Assembly (NCBI GenBank): GCA_963718995.1
Contig: CAVRAP010000017.1
Location: forward strand, 22,637 to 86,636
Direction: 5' to 3'
Length of the DNA: 64,000 bases
From: an uncultured Actinomycetota bacterium
Lineage (GTDB): Bacteria > Actinomycetota > Acidimicrobiia > Spongiisociales > UBA4744
Made by a program: the position numbers and the translations under genes. The notes beneath the pieces were generated by a model. It was given only the letters and a program-made list of their open reading frames with translations, was not told the DNA's origin and ran no database searches. Positions within the stretch are counted from its first letter, which is position 1, and each line of letters opens with the position of its first letter. This document shows, in pieces, positions 1 through 10,700 of this stretch.

Positions 1-699
1 GCAGGACTCGCCAACCGGGTCATGTCGAGACTGGCCAGGAACACCTTTGTTTCCTTTGCAGACACCAGGGGTATTGGCCGCCAAACACTCCTCGGGAATC
101 CCATGCGGTCGAGTCTGGCCCGGTTTGTGAGACCGGAACTTCGGCACGAGGCATTGGAACGGTATGGGCTCTCACCCGGGCCGGTTGTCATTGGTGTCTT
201 TGGTGGAAGCCTCGGCGCGGGTGTTATCAATCAGGCGGTCACCTTCCTTGCTCAGACGTGGGCAGGACCACCCATCCAGATCCTCCATGTGGCGGGAAGG
301 TCCCACGAGGACGATATGCGCGCGATTTCGGCCCAGTCCGTTGTACCGTGGACCGTTCTCGGATTTGAAGAAGACATGCACTATTTCTACGCAGCCTGTG
401 ACTTGGTGATCGCCCGAGCGGGCGGCGCCGTTGCCGAGATTGCCGCGACCGGAACCCCCCCGGTGCTCGTTCCCGGTCGTTTTGGTGGCGGGCATCAGGA
501 GGCCAATGCCGGCAGGTTTGAGAAGGCCGGAGCGGCTGTGGTAGTCCCCGAAGACCAACTGGGCCGGTTGCCGCATATCCTGGAACCGCTGGTCCGGGAC
601 TCGAACCGGCGGCTCCAGATGGCGAAAGCGTTGAGGGCGTTCGCTCATCCGGAAGCTGCCACGAAGCTGGCCGCCGAACTGCAGCAAGCCCATGGTTGA
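1..699 (+). CDS. murG: MurG, lipid I GlcNAc transferase (C-terminal part; the gene starts upstream of the window)
   Basis: Frame 1 is open from base 1. Translation AGLANRVMSRLA...GVFGGSLGAG...ARAGGAVAEIAATGTPPVLVP...HQEANA fits the MurG C-terminal half. The stop overlaps the murC start by 8 nt. dcw-cluster context. Confidence 0.85.
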   Translation, partial: AGLANRVMSRLARNTFVSFADTRGIGRQTLLGNPMRSSLARFVRPELRHEALERYGLSPGPVVIGVFGGSLGAGVINQAVTFLAQTWAGPPIQILHVAGRSHEDDMRAISAQSVVPWTVLGFEEDMHYFYAACDLVIARAGGAVAEIAATGTPPVLVPGRFGGGHQEANAGRFEKAGAAVVVPEDQLGRLPHILEPLVRDSNRRLQMAKALRAFAHPEAATKLAAELQQAHG

Positions 700-2062
700 T
701 CTCGGCTCTCCGCAGCGGATCCATGTGGTCGGAGCGGGTGGCTCCGGCATGAGCGGGCTGGCCAAGCTCCTCTCGCAATCAGGTCATTCCCTGAGCGGAT
801 CGGACCTCAAGATGAGCCCGACCCTGGCCGGGCTGGCCGATTTGGGAATTGAGGTTTGGGCGGGGAGCAGACCCGATGCGATGCAGGGGCTGGATCTGGT
901 CGTGGTTTCTTCGGCCATTCCGCCACACGATGCCGAGGTTGTTGCGGCCCGGGGGAACGGCATTGAAGTATGGGAGCGTCCCCGACTGCTCACCGAACTC
1001 ACGGCCCGCTTGCCGACTATCGGGGCGACGGGCACCCACGGGAAAACGACCAGTACGGCCATGCTGATCGCCGCGTTGCGCGCCACCGGACTGGACCCGT
1101 CTTTCGTGGTTGGTGGGGAGCTGACGGAGCTGCGAGCCAACGCCTCGCTGGGTGACCACGATCTCCTGGTGCTCGAAGTCGATGAAGCGTTTGGCACGTT
1201 CCTCGATCTGAGCCTGCAGGGCCTGATGGTTACGAATGTCGAACCGGATCATCTCGACTTCTACCACAGCCTCGATCGACTCGAAGATGCGTTCGTGCAG
1301 GTCGTTCGTTCAGTTGGCGGGCCGGTGGTAATCGGAATCGACGACCCGGGCGGGCGGCGTTTGGCGGAGCGCACGGGGATGAAGACATATGGAACCTCCG
1401 CAGGCGCCGACTGGCACATCACCGACATTGATCAAGACGCGGCTTCGATCGCATTCGGGCTGGTCGGTCCCGACGGCAAACATCGGATCAAAGTCGGTCG
1501 GCCGGGCCTCCACATCGCTCGCGATGCGGCAGGCGCACTAGCTCTTCTCGGCGAGCTCGGTTATGACGTCGAGGCTGCCGGTACCGGCCTACGGTCCTTT
1601 GCGGGCGTGCGGCGACGATTTGAGGTTCGTGGGCGGGTGGCCGGCGTCACGATGATCGATGACTATGCCCACCATCCCACCGAGATTGCCGCCACGCTGC
1701 AGGCGGTCGCTCAAGGTTCTTGGAAGAGCGTGTGGGCTGTATTTCAACCGCATCGGTATACCCGAACACTCGAACTCCACCGCGAGTTCGGCGGCGCCTT
1801 CGCGGGTGCCGACCACGTGATCGTCACCGACGTCTTTGCGGCAGGGGAAGCCCCGGAACCGGGCGTGACCGGCGCCCTTGTGGCCGACGCCGTCGTCGCG
1901 CTCACGCACGCAGACGTCCATTACGTTCAGCACCGGACCGACCTCGCCGAATACCTGGTGGAAAGGGTCGAAGCCGGGGATCTCGTCTTGACGCTCGGGG
2001 CCGGTGACATAACTACGTTGGCAGGGGAACTTGCCCCCCTCCTCGAGATGCGCGCCTCATGA
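692..2062 (+). CDS. murC: UDP-N-acetylmuramate--L-alanine ligase MurC
   Basis: 456-aa ORF. N-terminal HVVGAGGSGMSGLAKLL and Mur-ligase P-loop GTHGKTTSTAM. Lies between murG and murB. Confidence 0.9.
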   Translation: MVDLGSPQRIHVVGAGGSGMSGLAKLLSQSGHSLSGSDLKMSPTLAGLADLGIEVWAGSRPDAMQGLDLVVVSSAIPPHDAEVVAARGNGIEVWERPRLLTELTARLPTIGATGTHGKTTSTAMLIAALRATGLDPSFVVGGELTELRANASLGDHDLLVLEVDEAFGTFLDLSLQGLMVTNVEPDHLDFYHSLDRLEDAFVQVVRSVGGPVVIGIDDPGGRRLAERTGMKTYGTSAGADWHITDIDQDAASIAFGLVGPDGKHRIKVGRPGLHIARDAAGALALLGELGYDVEAAGTGLRSFAGVRRRFEVRGRVAGVTMIDDYAHHPTEIAATLQAVAQGSWKSVWAVFQPHRYTRTLELHREFGGAFAGADHVIVTDVFAAGEAPEPGVTGALVADAVVALTHADVHYVQHRTDLAEYLVERVEAGDLVLTLGAGDITTLAGELAPLLEMRAS

Positions 2063-2979
2063 AGACCCTCGACGATCTCGTTGCCACCGGTGAGGTTCTC
2101 TCGATGGTGCCGGTCTCCGGCCTGACCACCTATAAGTTGGGTGGCCCGGCTCGCTACTACCTAGAGGCAGAAGACGAAGAACAGTTGGTGGCGATCTCGG
2201 GCGTGTTACGCGACGAACCGCTGCTCGTTATGGGGCGCGGCAGCAATCTCGTTGTCAGCGATGATGGGTTTCCGGGTCTTGTGGTACATCTGGGAGCGGG
2301 CTTCTTTCGGACCGATGTCGGCGATGACGGAACCGTCACCTCGTGGGCAGCCACTTCCATGCCCGCCCTGGCTCGTACCTGTGCCCGGGCCGGCCGGGGT
2401 GGGCTGGAGTTCTACATTGGGATCCCCGGCTCGGTTGGCGGCGGGGTCAGAATGAACGCGGGTTGTCACGGATCCGAGACCAAAGACCGGCTGGAGTCCG
2501 CGAGAGTCATCGACTTGCGGCAAGGTGCGGTGAGTGACCGAAAGCCCGCTGCGCTGGACATGACGTACCGTCATACAAATCTACAACCCGAAGAAATCGT
2601 CACCGCGGCTACGTACGCCACAGTGCTCCGGGAGCAAGCGGAGATCGAGGAAAGCATGCGCGCGGTCATCAGATGGCGACGAGACCATCAGCCCGGGGGC
2701 ACCTTGAACGCCGGCAGCGTCTTCAAGAATCCCCCCGGCGACTCAGCCGGGCGCATCATCGACAGCCTGGGACTCAAAGGCACCCGGGTTCGTGGCGCTC
2801 ATGTCTCAGACAAACACGCCAACTTCTTTGTCGGGGATGAAGGAGTCAAGGCCCAGGACGTCTACGACCTGGTGTGGGCTGTGCGGCGCCGGGTGGGGCT
2901 CGAATTGGACATCTGGTTGCAGCCCGAAGTCCAATTTGCCGGACCATTCCGACCCTCGCCTGACGAAGAGGCAGCATGA
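2059..2979 (+). CDS. murB: UDP-N-acetylenolpyruvoylglucosamine reductase MurB
   Basis: 306-aa ORF. ATGA start/stop overlap with murC. Motifs YKLGGPARYY, GRGSNLVVSD and AGSVFKNPPGDSAGRIID are typical of MurB. Confidence 0.85.
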   Translation: MKTLDDLVATGEVLSMVPVSGLTTYKLGGPARYYLEAEDEEQLVAISGVLRDEPLLVMGRGSNLVVSDDGFPGLVVHLGAGFFRTDVGDDGTVTSWAATSMPALARTCARAGRGGLEFYIGIPGSVGGGVRMNAGCHGSETKDRLESARVIDLRQGAVSDRKPAALDMTYRHTNLQPEEIVTAATYATVLREQAEIEESMRAVIRWRRDHQPGGTLNAGSVFKNPPGDSAGRIIDSLGLKGTRVRGAHVSDKHANFFVGDEGVKAQDVYDLVWAVRRRVGLELDIWLQPEVQFAGPFRPSPDEEAA

Positions 2980-3719
2980 CCACGCGCGTTGACCCCCGAC
3001 TCGCCGAACGGCGTCGCACCGTGGCGGAGAGCAATGCGCGGAGGCGATTGCGAAAGATCTTCTGGGCGCTGGTAGTGGTCGCCGTAGCCGCCGGGGTCGG
3101 CTGGGTCGCGCAGTCGCCGTGGTTCTCCGTAGCCCACATAGCTGTTTCCGGCGTCGAAGGAAGCGACACCCATCAGATTCTCCAAGCGGCCGGAGTTGTC
3201 GAGGGAACCCCGCTGATTATGGTTGGCCCCGAACGCATTGAGGCTTTGCTCGAGAAAGACCCCTGGATTGTCGACGCTACGGTGCGAAGGGTCGTCCCCG
3301 ACGCCATCGAAGTGGTGGTCAACGAGCGGGGCCCCTTTGCGTGGGTGCAAACCGGGAGCGCCTGGTCGGTGATTGCAGAAGATCTCATCGTGCTTCGAAC
3401 GGATCCGGAGCCGGGGGGACCGGCCTTTGTCCTGGAAGCTTTGACCAGAGACCGCGGGGACCGGTTTCGTGACCCCCGGGTGGTAGGGGGAGTGACGTTC
3501 CTGGCCGGCCTTCCGATCGAAACGAGAAATCAAGTTTCGATGTTCGAACGGGACGGCGAGCTTTGGGCGAACGTTGCCGGCATGTCGGTGCGGCTGGGCC
3601 TGCCGACAGAAATGAAGGAAAAAGCCGCTGCCCTCCTGGCGATTCTCGAGGAAGAGATCCCCCCCGGATCCGTGATCAATCTCGTTGCACCGACCCGCCC
3701 GGCCATAGTCGAAGCGTAG
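2976..3719 (+). CDS. ftsQ: Cell division protein FtsQ/DivIB (single TM helix plus POTRA-like region)
   Basis: 247-aa ORF. ATGA overlap with murB. Basic N-terminus, one TM helix (IFWALVVVAVAAGVGWV), then an extracytoplasmic domain. Canonical position just upstream of ftsZ. Confidence 0.75.
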   Translation: MTTRVDPRLAERRRTVAESNARRRLRKIFWALVVVAVAAGVGWVAQSPWFSVAHIAVSGVEGSDTHQILQAAGVVEGTPLIMVGPERIEALLEKDPWIVDATVRRVVPDAIEVVVNERGPFAWVQTGSAWSVIAEDLIVLRTDPEPGGPAFVLEALTRDRGDRFRDPRVVGGVTFLAGLPIETRNQVSMFERDGELWANVAGMSVRLGLPTEMKEKAAALLAILEEEIPPGSVINLVAPTRPAIVEA

Positions 3720-3751
3720 CCACCGACCACCCGATACATTCAACGTACACT

Positions 3752-3823
3752 TGAACCTTAAGCTTTTCGCCTTTCTTTGGGAGAGGATCGAGCGTAAGGT
3801 TCAGGTCAAACCTAAAGCTTTCC
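3752..3823 (+). promoter_or_regulatory. AT-rich repeat cluster in the ftsQ-ftsZ intergenic region (candidate ftsZ promoter, operator or 5'UTR structure)
   Basis: Perfect 9-nt inverted repeat TGAACCTTA (3752-3760) / TAAGGTTCA (3795-3803). A 13/15 direct repeat AACCTTAAGCTTTTC (3754-3768) / AACCTAAAGCTTTCC (3809-3823). Locally AT-rich in a GC-rich genome, 16 nt upstream of the ftsZ ATG. Confidence 0.3.
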
Positions 3824-3838
3824 GGAAAGGACATCACC

Positions 3839-4897
3839 ATGGCGACATCCCGAGGGGGCTCAACAACGCAGAGCTATCTGGCAGTGATCAAGGTGGTGGG
3901 TGTTGGCGGCGGCGGCGTCAATGCGATCAACCGCATGATCGACGCCGGTGTGCGCGGGGTGGAGTTCATAGCGATCAACACCGACGCTCAAGCACTGCTC
4001 ATGTCAGACGCCGACATCAAGCTCGATCTGGGCCGGGACATCACGCGCGGATTGGGAGCCGGGGCCAATCCCGAGGTGGGCAAGGCCGCTGCCGAAGGTC
4101 ACAAAGAAGAGCTCGAGGAAGTGTTGAAGGGTGCCGACATGGTGTTCGTCACCGCCGGTGAGGGCGGCGGAACGGGCACCGGCGCCGCTCCCATCGTCGC
4201 CAGCGTCGCTCGCGGGATCGGTGCTTTGACGGTGGGTGTGGTGACCCGACCGTTTGGTTTCGAGGGCCGGCGTCGTTCGGTACAAGCGGAACAGGGAATC
4301 CAGGATCTGCGGGAAGCGGTTGACACCCTCATCGTCATTCCCAATGACCGGCTCCTGGAGATCGCCGATGATCGCACGCCGATCATTGATGCCTTTCGGA
4401 TGGCTGATGAAGTACTGATGGGTGGCGTGGCCGGCATCACGGACCTCATCACAACGCCAGGCCTCATCAACGTTGACTTCGCCGATGTCCGCACGATTCT
4501 CTCCGATGCGGGAACGGCAGTTATGGGCATTGGCCGAGCTTCCGGGGAGGACCGGGCCGACCAAGCGGCTCAGCGAGCCATTTCGAGTTCCATGCTGGAG
4601 ACTTCGATGGAAGGCGCACGCGGTGTGTTGCTGACCATCGCCGGACCTTCGGCGATGACGCTCCATGAAGTCAATCAGGCTGCGACGGTGGTCGCCGAAC
4701 ACAGCGACGCGGACGCCGAGATCATCTTTGGCGCCGTGGTCGATGACAACCTCGGCGAGGAGATCAAAGTGACGGTTATCGCGGCAGGGTTCGATCGCGG
4801 GCGCCGCAAGGAGACCCGCGGGATGGCGTCGGGCACCGTGACCAGGTCCACCGATGATGGCGATGACCTCGATATCCCGAGCTTCGTGCAGGGATGA
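3839..4897 (+). CDS. ftsZ: Cell division GTPase FtsZ
   Basis: 352 aa. Tubulin signature [17 protein letters not shown], and the C-terminal docking peptide DDLDIPSFV. Confidence 0.97.
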   Translation: MATSRGGSTTQSYLAVIKVVGVGGGGVNAINRMIDAGVRGVEFIAINTDAQALLMSDADIKLDLGRDITRGLGAGANPEVGKAAAEGHKEELEEVLKGADMVFVTAGEGGGTGTGAAPIVASVARGIGALTVGVVTRPFGFEGRRRSVQAEQGIQDLREAVDTLIVIPNDRLLEIADDRTPIIDAFRMADEVLMGGVAGITDLITTPGLINVDFADVRTILSDAGTAVMGIGRASGEDRADQAAQRAISSSMLETSMEGARGVLLTIAGPSAMTLHEVNQAATVVAEHSDADAEIIFGAVVDDNLGEEIKVTVIAAGFDRGRRKETRGMASGTVTRSTDDGDDLDIPSFVQG

Positions 4898-5518
4898 TGC
4901 GACCGCCGGGATTCCGGGGGGTCGCTTTCACGAGTTCCCGGCAGGGTGACCTCCGATCGGATGATGCCGCACGGCGTGCCGTCTCTTCCCGACTGGCCAT
5001 CCCGGAGTCCTGGGCCACGGTGCATCAGGTTCACGGCGGCACCGTCGTTGAAGCCACGGGACCAGGCTCGCTCGCCGAGGCCGACTCCCTCTACACCGCG
5101 GCAGCCGGCTTGCCCCTGGCCGTTTTCACCGCAGATTGTCTCGCCGTGGTCCTCGAAGCGGATCGGGGCGTGGGAATCGCCCATGCCGGATGGCGCGGAG
5201 TCGTGGCTGGAGTCGTTGACAACCTCCGGGCGACTATGGAAGCGGCGGGTTGGAATCTGCTGCGAGCCGCCATCGGTCCTGGGATCGGACCTTGCTGTTT
5301 CGAGGTGGGACCTGAGGTTGCTGCCCGGTTTCCGGCCAGCACCTCGACGACGACCTGGGGAACGTCGAGTGTCGACCTGCCCGCGGCCGTTGCTGCCCGG
5401 CTCAACGGCCTAGAGACTATGGTCGGCCGGGGTGTGTACCCGTTGCAGCGACGGATACTTTTCGCATCGGCGCGATGGGACCCCCGCCCGCATGGCCGGG
5501 ATCGCTTGGCTGCCATGA
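4894..5518 (+). pseudogene. pgeF: PgeF/YfiH (peptidoglycan editing factor, DUF152 family); reading frame broken near 5414-5434 as sequenced
   Basis: Frame 1 carries the N-terminal and central motifs (HQVHGG, FTADCLAV, IAHAGWRG, IGPGIGPCCFEVGPEV). The conserved C-terminus VCTRCSDGYFSHRRDGTPARMAGIAWLP* is in frame 2, which is open from 5414 with TGA at 5516-5518. A G4 run at 5429-5432 lies in the switch interval. ATGA overlap with the ftsZ stop. Confidence 0.8.
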
Positions 5519-6174
5519 GTCTCGAGATGGTTCGTCGGCGGATCGCGGCTGCAGCCGGGCGCTGTGGTCGGGACGTCTCAGAGATCACGCTGATCGCCGT
5601 GGGCAAGACGCACCCTGTTGAAACGCTGATGGAGCTCTACGGGGCCGGTCATCGGGACTTCGGAGAGAACCGGGCCGGAGAGTTGGTCGACAAAGTGGCC
5701 TCCATGCCATCGGATGTTCGCTGGCATTTCATCGGTCCTCTGCAACGGAACAAGGTGAGGTTGGTGCGGCCCAGCGTGGACATGCTCCATTCGATGGATC
5801 GGCTGAAGCTTGCCGAGGCCTGGCTGAAGGGACCCGGGACGGCTCCTCCTGTTCTGATGGAAGTCAACATCGCGAATGAACCACAGAAATCCGGCGTGTC
5901 GATCGACGAGGCAGAAGCGATGGCCGATCGACTGGTCGCCCTCGGGGTGGAGGTGCGAGGTGTCATGGCGATCCCTCCCGTCGTCGCTGAGGCAGAGCAA
6001 ACCCGGCTGTTCTTCGCCCGGTTGGCAAGGTTGCGAGACGATCTGGCAGCCCGACATCCGGCCGTTCGAGAACTCTCGATGGGCATGACGGACGACTTTG
6101 AGGTAGCAATTGAGGAAGGAGCGACGATGATTCGCGTCGGACGGGCTATCTTTGGTCCGAGAGTCGAGCAATAA
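5515..6174 (+). CDS. yggS: YggS/PLPBP family pyridoxal-phosphate homeostasis protein
   Basis: The ATG at 5515 overlaps the frame-2 TGA of pgeF (ATGA). Translation ...ITLIAVGKTHPVETL..GHRDFGENR...WHFIGPLQRNK...ELSMGMTDDFEVAIEEGATMIRVGRAIFG. The 426-aa ORF in the track (4894..6174) is a read-through artefact joining it to pgeF. Confidence 0.85.
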   Translation: MSLEMVRRRIAAAAGRCGRDVSEITLIAVGKTHPVETLMELYGAGHRDFGENRAGELVDKVASMPSDVRWHFIGPLQRNKVRLVRPSVDMLHSMDRLKLAEAWLKGPGTAPPVLMEVNIANEPQKSGVSIDEAEAMADRLVALGVEVRGVMAIPPVVAEAEQTRLFFARLARLRDDLAARHPAVRELSMGMTDDFEVAIEEGATMIRVGRAIFGPRVEQ

Positions 6175-6186
6175 CCAAGGGATCAC

Positions 6187-6726
6187 ATGAGTCAGCTGTG
6201 GCAAAAGGCGCTTCTCTACCTCGGCCTGGTCGACGAAGCGGCAATAGACAACGAGCAATCCACGCCGGTTGAGACTGCTCCGATGCAATCTCAGGTTCGC
6301 ACTGTGGCCAATCGGCCAGAAGGCGTGGTCGGGCGGCGGGTCGAACCGCCGGCCGGGCGCGGCCCGATGGGTGCCTCGGAACGCACGTTTGCATCCTCCG
6401 CAGCTACGACCGGTGCCGTGCGGCAGGTCAAGTCGGCCGAAGCTCAATGTGACATCGTGGAAGCCACAGGCTTCTCCGATGCAAAGCTCCTCGCCGACCG
6501 GATTCGGGCCAGGGTCCCGGTCGTGCTCAACCTGCGGGAAACCGACCCGGACATGGTTCGCCGTCTCGTCGACTTCGCCAGTGGGCTGACCTACGCGCTC
6601 GACGGCACCATGCGCAAGATCTCCGAGGGCGTCATCATGGTGTTGCCGCCCCGCGTTTCGCTCGGGCGTGAAGAAAAGCGTCGGCTCGCCGATCTGGGCC
6701 TCTATTCAACTGCAGACGACGAGTAG
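6187..6726 (+). CDS. sepF: Cell division protein SepF
   Basis: 179 aa. N-terminal membrane-targeting helix MSQLWQKALLYLGLVDE and conserved core VVLNLRETDPDMVRRLVDFASGLTYALDGTMRKI. Confidence 0.9.
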   Translation: MSQLWQKALLYLGLVDEAAIDNEQSTPVETAPMQSQVRTVANRPEGVVGRRVEPPAGRGPMGASERTFASSAATTGAVRQVKSAEAQCDIVEATGFSDAKLLADRIRARVPVVLNLRETDPDMVRRLVDFASGLTYALDGTMRKISEGVIMVLPPRVSLGREEKRRLADLGLYSTADDE

Positions 6727-6734
6727 GGCACGCT

Positions 6735-6989
6735 GTGGAGATCGTCTGCTCGCTGATTCGCCTGTACACCCTCGTCGTTTTCGCCAGGATCCTTCTGGAA
6801 TGGGTGCGCGTTCCCAGCGAGCATCCCGTTGGGAAGGCTCGTGCTGTGCTGGCTACGATCGTCGACCCCGTTCTCATCCCGCTGCGCCGGATCATTCCGC
6901 CCGTTCGCATGGGTGGAGCCGCCCTCGACCTGTCCCCGCTGGTCCTCCTGATCGGTCTCAGCATCCTGTCCAACGCGATATGCAGATAG
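6735..6989 (+). CDS. yggT: YggT family small membrane protein
   Basis: 84 aa, GTG start, two hydrophobic helices, DPVLIPLRRIIPP motif. Conserved position between sepF and divIVA. Confidence 0.7.
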   Translation: MEIVCSLIRLYTLVVFARILLEWVRVPSEHPVGKARAVLATIVDPVLIPLRRIIPPVRMGGAALDLSPLVLLIGLSILSNAICR

Positions 6990-7086
6990 TCTCGCGGCAT
7001 CTTCTCAGATTCCCACGTTCACAAGCACTCGGGAGCGGCTCCGGAGGGCTAAGCTCCTCACACGCACGTTCCAAGGTGGTTGACCC

Positions 7087-7662
7087 ATGGTTTTGAGTCC
7101 AATCGATATTGAACAGAAGACGTTCAGAGTCGCGTTGCGCGGTTATGCCGAGGAAGAAGTCGACCAATTCCTCGACGAGATCGTTATCGCGATCCGCGAG
7201 TATGAGCGACAGTTGCGGGACGCCAACGAGCGAGTTGCCGTCCTCGAAGAGCAACTCGAGGCGAATCGCGAGACCGAAGAGCGCATCAAGAAGACGCTCA
7301 TCATCGCCCAGCGAACGGCCGATCAGGTCGTCGACGAAGCCCGCGGTGAAGCCCAACAACTGCTGGTTGAAGCACGCACCCAAGCTTCGGCCGTGGAAGT
7401 CGAAAGGATCCAGGAGCGTGAACATCTCGTGGCCGACCTCGATCGGTTGCGATCTTCGGTGGGAAGCCTCAAGGACCGCTTTTTGGCACTCGCCGATTCC
7501 ACAATGGGCAAGCTCGAGGAGCTCGAGTCGGACGTCGTCGCCGCCCAGCCGGAAGAGGACGAGGCAGAGCCGGTAGCCGATGGCCACACCGATTTGCGCG
7601 AGATTGACGACGAGTTTGATCACGACGTCGAACCGGACGTTGAAGCGGATCCGGTCGGGTGA
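7087..7662 (+). CDS. divIVA: DivIVA/Wag31 polar-growth coiled-coil protein
   Basis: 191 aa. N-terminal lipid-binding domain MVLSPIDIEQKTFRVALRGYAEEEVDQFLDEIV, followed by a coiled coil and an acidic tail. Confidence 0.9.
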   Translation: MVLSPIDIEQKTFRVALRGYAEEEVDQFLDEIVIAIREYERQLRDANERVAVLEEQLEANRETEERIKKTLIIAQRTADQVVDEARGEAQQLLVEARTQASAVEVERIQEREHLVADLDRLRSSVGSLKDRFLALADSTMGKLEELESDVVAAQPEEDEAEPVADGHTDLREIDDEFDHDVEPDVEADPVG

Positions 7663-7786
7663 ATCAGTCGAAGAGCCCGCCGCCCAACAAGATGAACCTG
7701 AGGAGTCAACCGGGCAGGTGTTTCTGGGTTCGGGTCATCGTCCCTGGGACCGGGGCGACTCCGAAGGCTAGACCACGTCCCGGTGA

Positions 7787-10700
7787 CTATCCGGGCGCCT
7801 CGTCGTCTGATTTGAAGACCCCAATGGTCACATCCTCGCCTTCGATCGTGAGGATGGTTCCTGTCTCCGGACGATCCTCCTCGACCGCAACCGCCAGCAC
7901 TTCTGCGGCGATCACGTCCGCATGCGCTTCGAATGCCGAAACGATCAAAGGGGAATCGCTTGCCCAGCTCAGCGTTATCCGATCGGCAACCGCAAGACCC
8001 AGGTCACGACGGGTCTGTTGAATCCGATTGATCAGCTCGCGAGCCATCCCTTCGATCTCGAGTTCCGGGGTGACCGTAGTGTCGATGGCCACCGACAGGG
8101 GGCCCTCGGCGGCCACGATCATGCCCGCCCGTGGTACCCGCTGCACCATCACGTCATCGAGTCCGATCTCGTGTCCCTCAACGAGTACCGGCCCGCCATC
8201 GGCCAGCTGCCGCACTGACTTCTGGTCGAGTTGCCCCAAAGCGGCGGCCACCTTCTGCACATCGGAACCCAGACGAGGGCCGAGTCGCTTGAAGTCTGCC
8301 TTGATGTGCAGATCCACCAACTCGGTGTCGTCCCGCCCGACCAGAACCTCTTTGACGTTGAGTTCCTCGGTGATGAGCCAGGCGTGTGACGCTACGGCTT
8401 CTGCGACTGCTTCGTCTGGCGTCAGAACCGTGAGCGACGGCAGGGGCTGGCGCACCTTGAGCCCATGAGTAACTCGCAGGGAACGTCCCAAAGCCACCAC
8501 CTGTCGGACCCACTGCATGTCACTCTCCAGCTCGGTCGAAATAAGATCGGGCCGGGGCTCCGGATAGTCGGTGTGGTGCACGCTGAGCGGACCATCTTCG
8601 CCGACCGCGCGATGCTCGACCACCAACCGCTGGTACAGCTCCTCGGTGACAAAGGGCAGCACGGGGGCGATCACCTTCGAGAAGGTGACCAGGACCTCGT
8701 ACAGCGTGGCAAAGGCAGCAAGCTTGTCGGAGTCATCGTCGCTGCGTGTGCGCCAGAAGCGGCGGCGCGAACGTCGGATATACCAGTTGGTGAGATGATC
8801 GATGAAGCCGATCATCGGAGGAACGACCGAGTAGAGGTAATACCCCTCCATGAGATTGTTGACTTCAGAGATCAGCGATTGCAGAACCGAGAGAATCCAG
8901 CGATCGATTTCGGGCCGGTCCTCGGGCGGGGGAGCCGCCGCCAGGTCTGAACGGGCTATGCCGTCCGCTTCGGCGTACGTCGTCAGAAACGAGTAGGCAT
9001 TCCAGAGGGGGAGCATGACGGCCCGCGTGACCTCCCGTACGCCGTCCTCGGTGAAGCGAAGCGGTTCGGCCCGCAGGAGCGGAGAATTGATCAGGTAGGC
9101 ACGCAGTGCGTCTGCGCCGTGCCTGGCCAGGATCTCGTTGGGGTCCGGGTAGTTCTTGAGGCTCTTCGACATCTTCCGGCCGTCCTCCGCCAGGATCAAG
9201 CCGTTGACGACGCAGTTCTGAAACGGGACATCATCGAAGAGGCCGGTAGCCAAGACCAGCAGCGTGTAGAACCAACCCCGGGTCTGATCGAGGCCCTCTG
9301 CGATGAAATCCGCAGGAAAACGACGCTTGAACGCTTCCTCGTTCTCGAACGGATAGTGAATCTGGGCGTAGGGCATTGAGCCCGACTCAAACCACACATC
9401 CAGGACTTCCGGGACTCTCTGCATGGTTCCCTGGCACTTTGTGCAGGGGAACGTGACGGCATCGACAATGTGTTTGTGAAGGTCGTCGAGGCGTACCCCG
9501 GACACACCGTGGAGTTCCTCAATCGATCCAACGCACAGTTGCTCGTCACACTCCTGGCACTCCCACACGGGGATACAACTGCCCCAATAACGGTTGCGGC
9601 TGATCGCCCAATCCCGGGCGTTCTCGAGCCAGTTGCCGAAACGCCGGCTCCCGACGTACTCGGGTACCCAGTGGATCTCCTCGTTGAGCTCAACCATTCG
9701 GTCCCTGAACTGCTCGACGGCGACAAACCAGGTAGGGATGGCCTTGTAGATCAGGGGCGTACCGGTCCGGTAGCAGAAGGGATACGAGTGTCGGATCTGG
9801 TCCCGTTTGACGAGGCTCCCGCGCCGTTTGAGTATCTCGATCAACTTGGCGTCGGCGTCCTTGACGTACATACCCGCCACGTCGGGTACCGCGTCGGTGA
9901 ATCGGGCCTCACTATCGACCGGATCGAGCATCACCGACAGGCCCGCCTCGGTGAGGGCGTAGAAGTCGGCTTCTCCGTAGGCAGGGGCCATGTGCACCAG
10001 GCCGGTACCTTCGTCGGTGTTGACGTCGGAGCTGGAGATCACCCGGAAGGCACCGCGATCGCGTTCTTCCTCGAAGTACGGGAACGGCGGCTCGTACTGA
10101 GCCCCAACCAACTCCCGACCCGTCGCCCGGCGGGCTACGTTCGCATCCGGCCACAAGCTCTCGCCGAGGTTGGCGGCAATCCAGTGGCGTTCGCCTTCGA
10201 CATCGATGGCCGAGTAGAGGATGTCTTCGCCGACGGCGACGGCCAGATTGCCGGGAAGTGTCCAGGGCGTTGTCGTCCAGATCGTCAGGTAGTCGCCCTC
10301 GCGGACCGGGCCGTGGGTCTGGAGGACCCGCAGCCGAACGGTGATCGCCGGGTCGTCGATGTCCCGATAGTCGAGGTTGGCCTCGAAATTGGACAGGGGA
10401 GTCGATGCCCCCCATGAGTAGGGGAGCACCTTGAAGTCGCGGTAGATGAGACCTTTGTCCCAGAGACGCCGAAAAACCCACCAGACACTCTCCATGAAGT
10501 CGACATCCATGGTCTTGTAATCGTTCTCGAAGTCGACCCACCGACCGATACGGCGGGTGATCGTTTCCCAGCTTTCCGTATTGGTCTGCACATGCGCCCG
10601 GCAGGCTTCGTTGAATCGATCGATCCCAAACTCTTTGATCTCGCCGGGTCCCGACAACCCGAGGGCCTTCTGTACCTCCATTTCGATGGGGAGGCCGTGC

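Noticed and set aside
4894-6174. Single 426-aa ORF that suggests a bifunctional PgeF-YggS fusion protein
   Set aside because: The conserved PgeF C-terminus is in frame 2 and ends with a TGA that overlaps a normal YggS ATG (ATGA). The frame-1 linker has no homology-like features. It is therefore treated as a frame break plus read-through.
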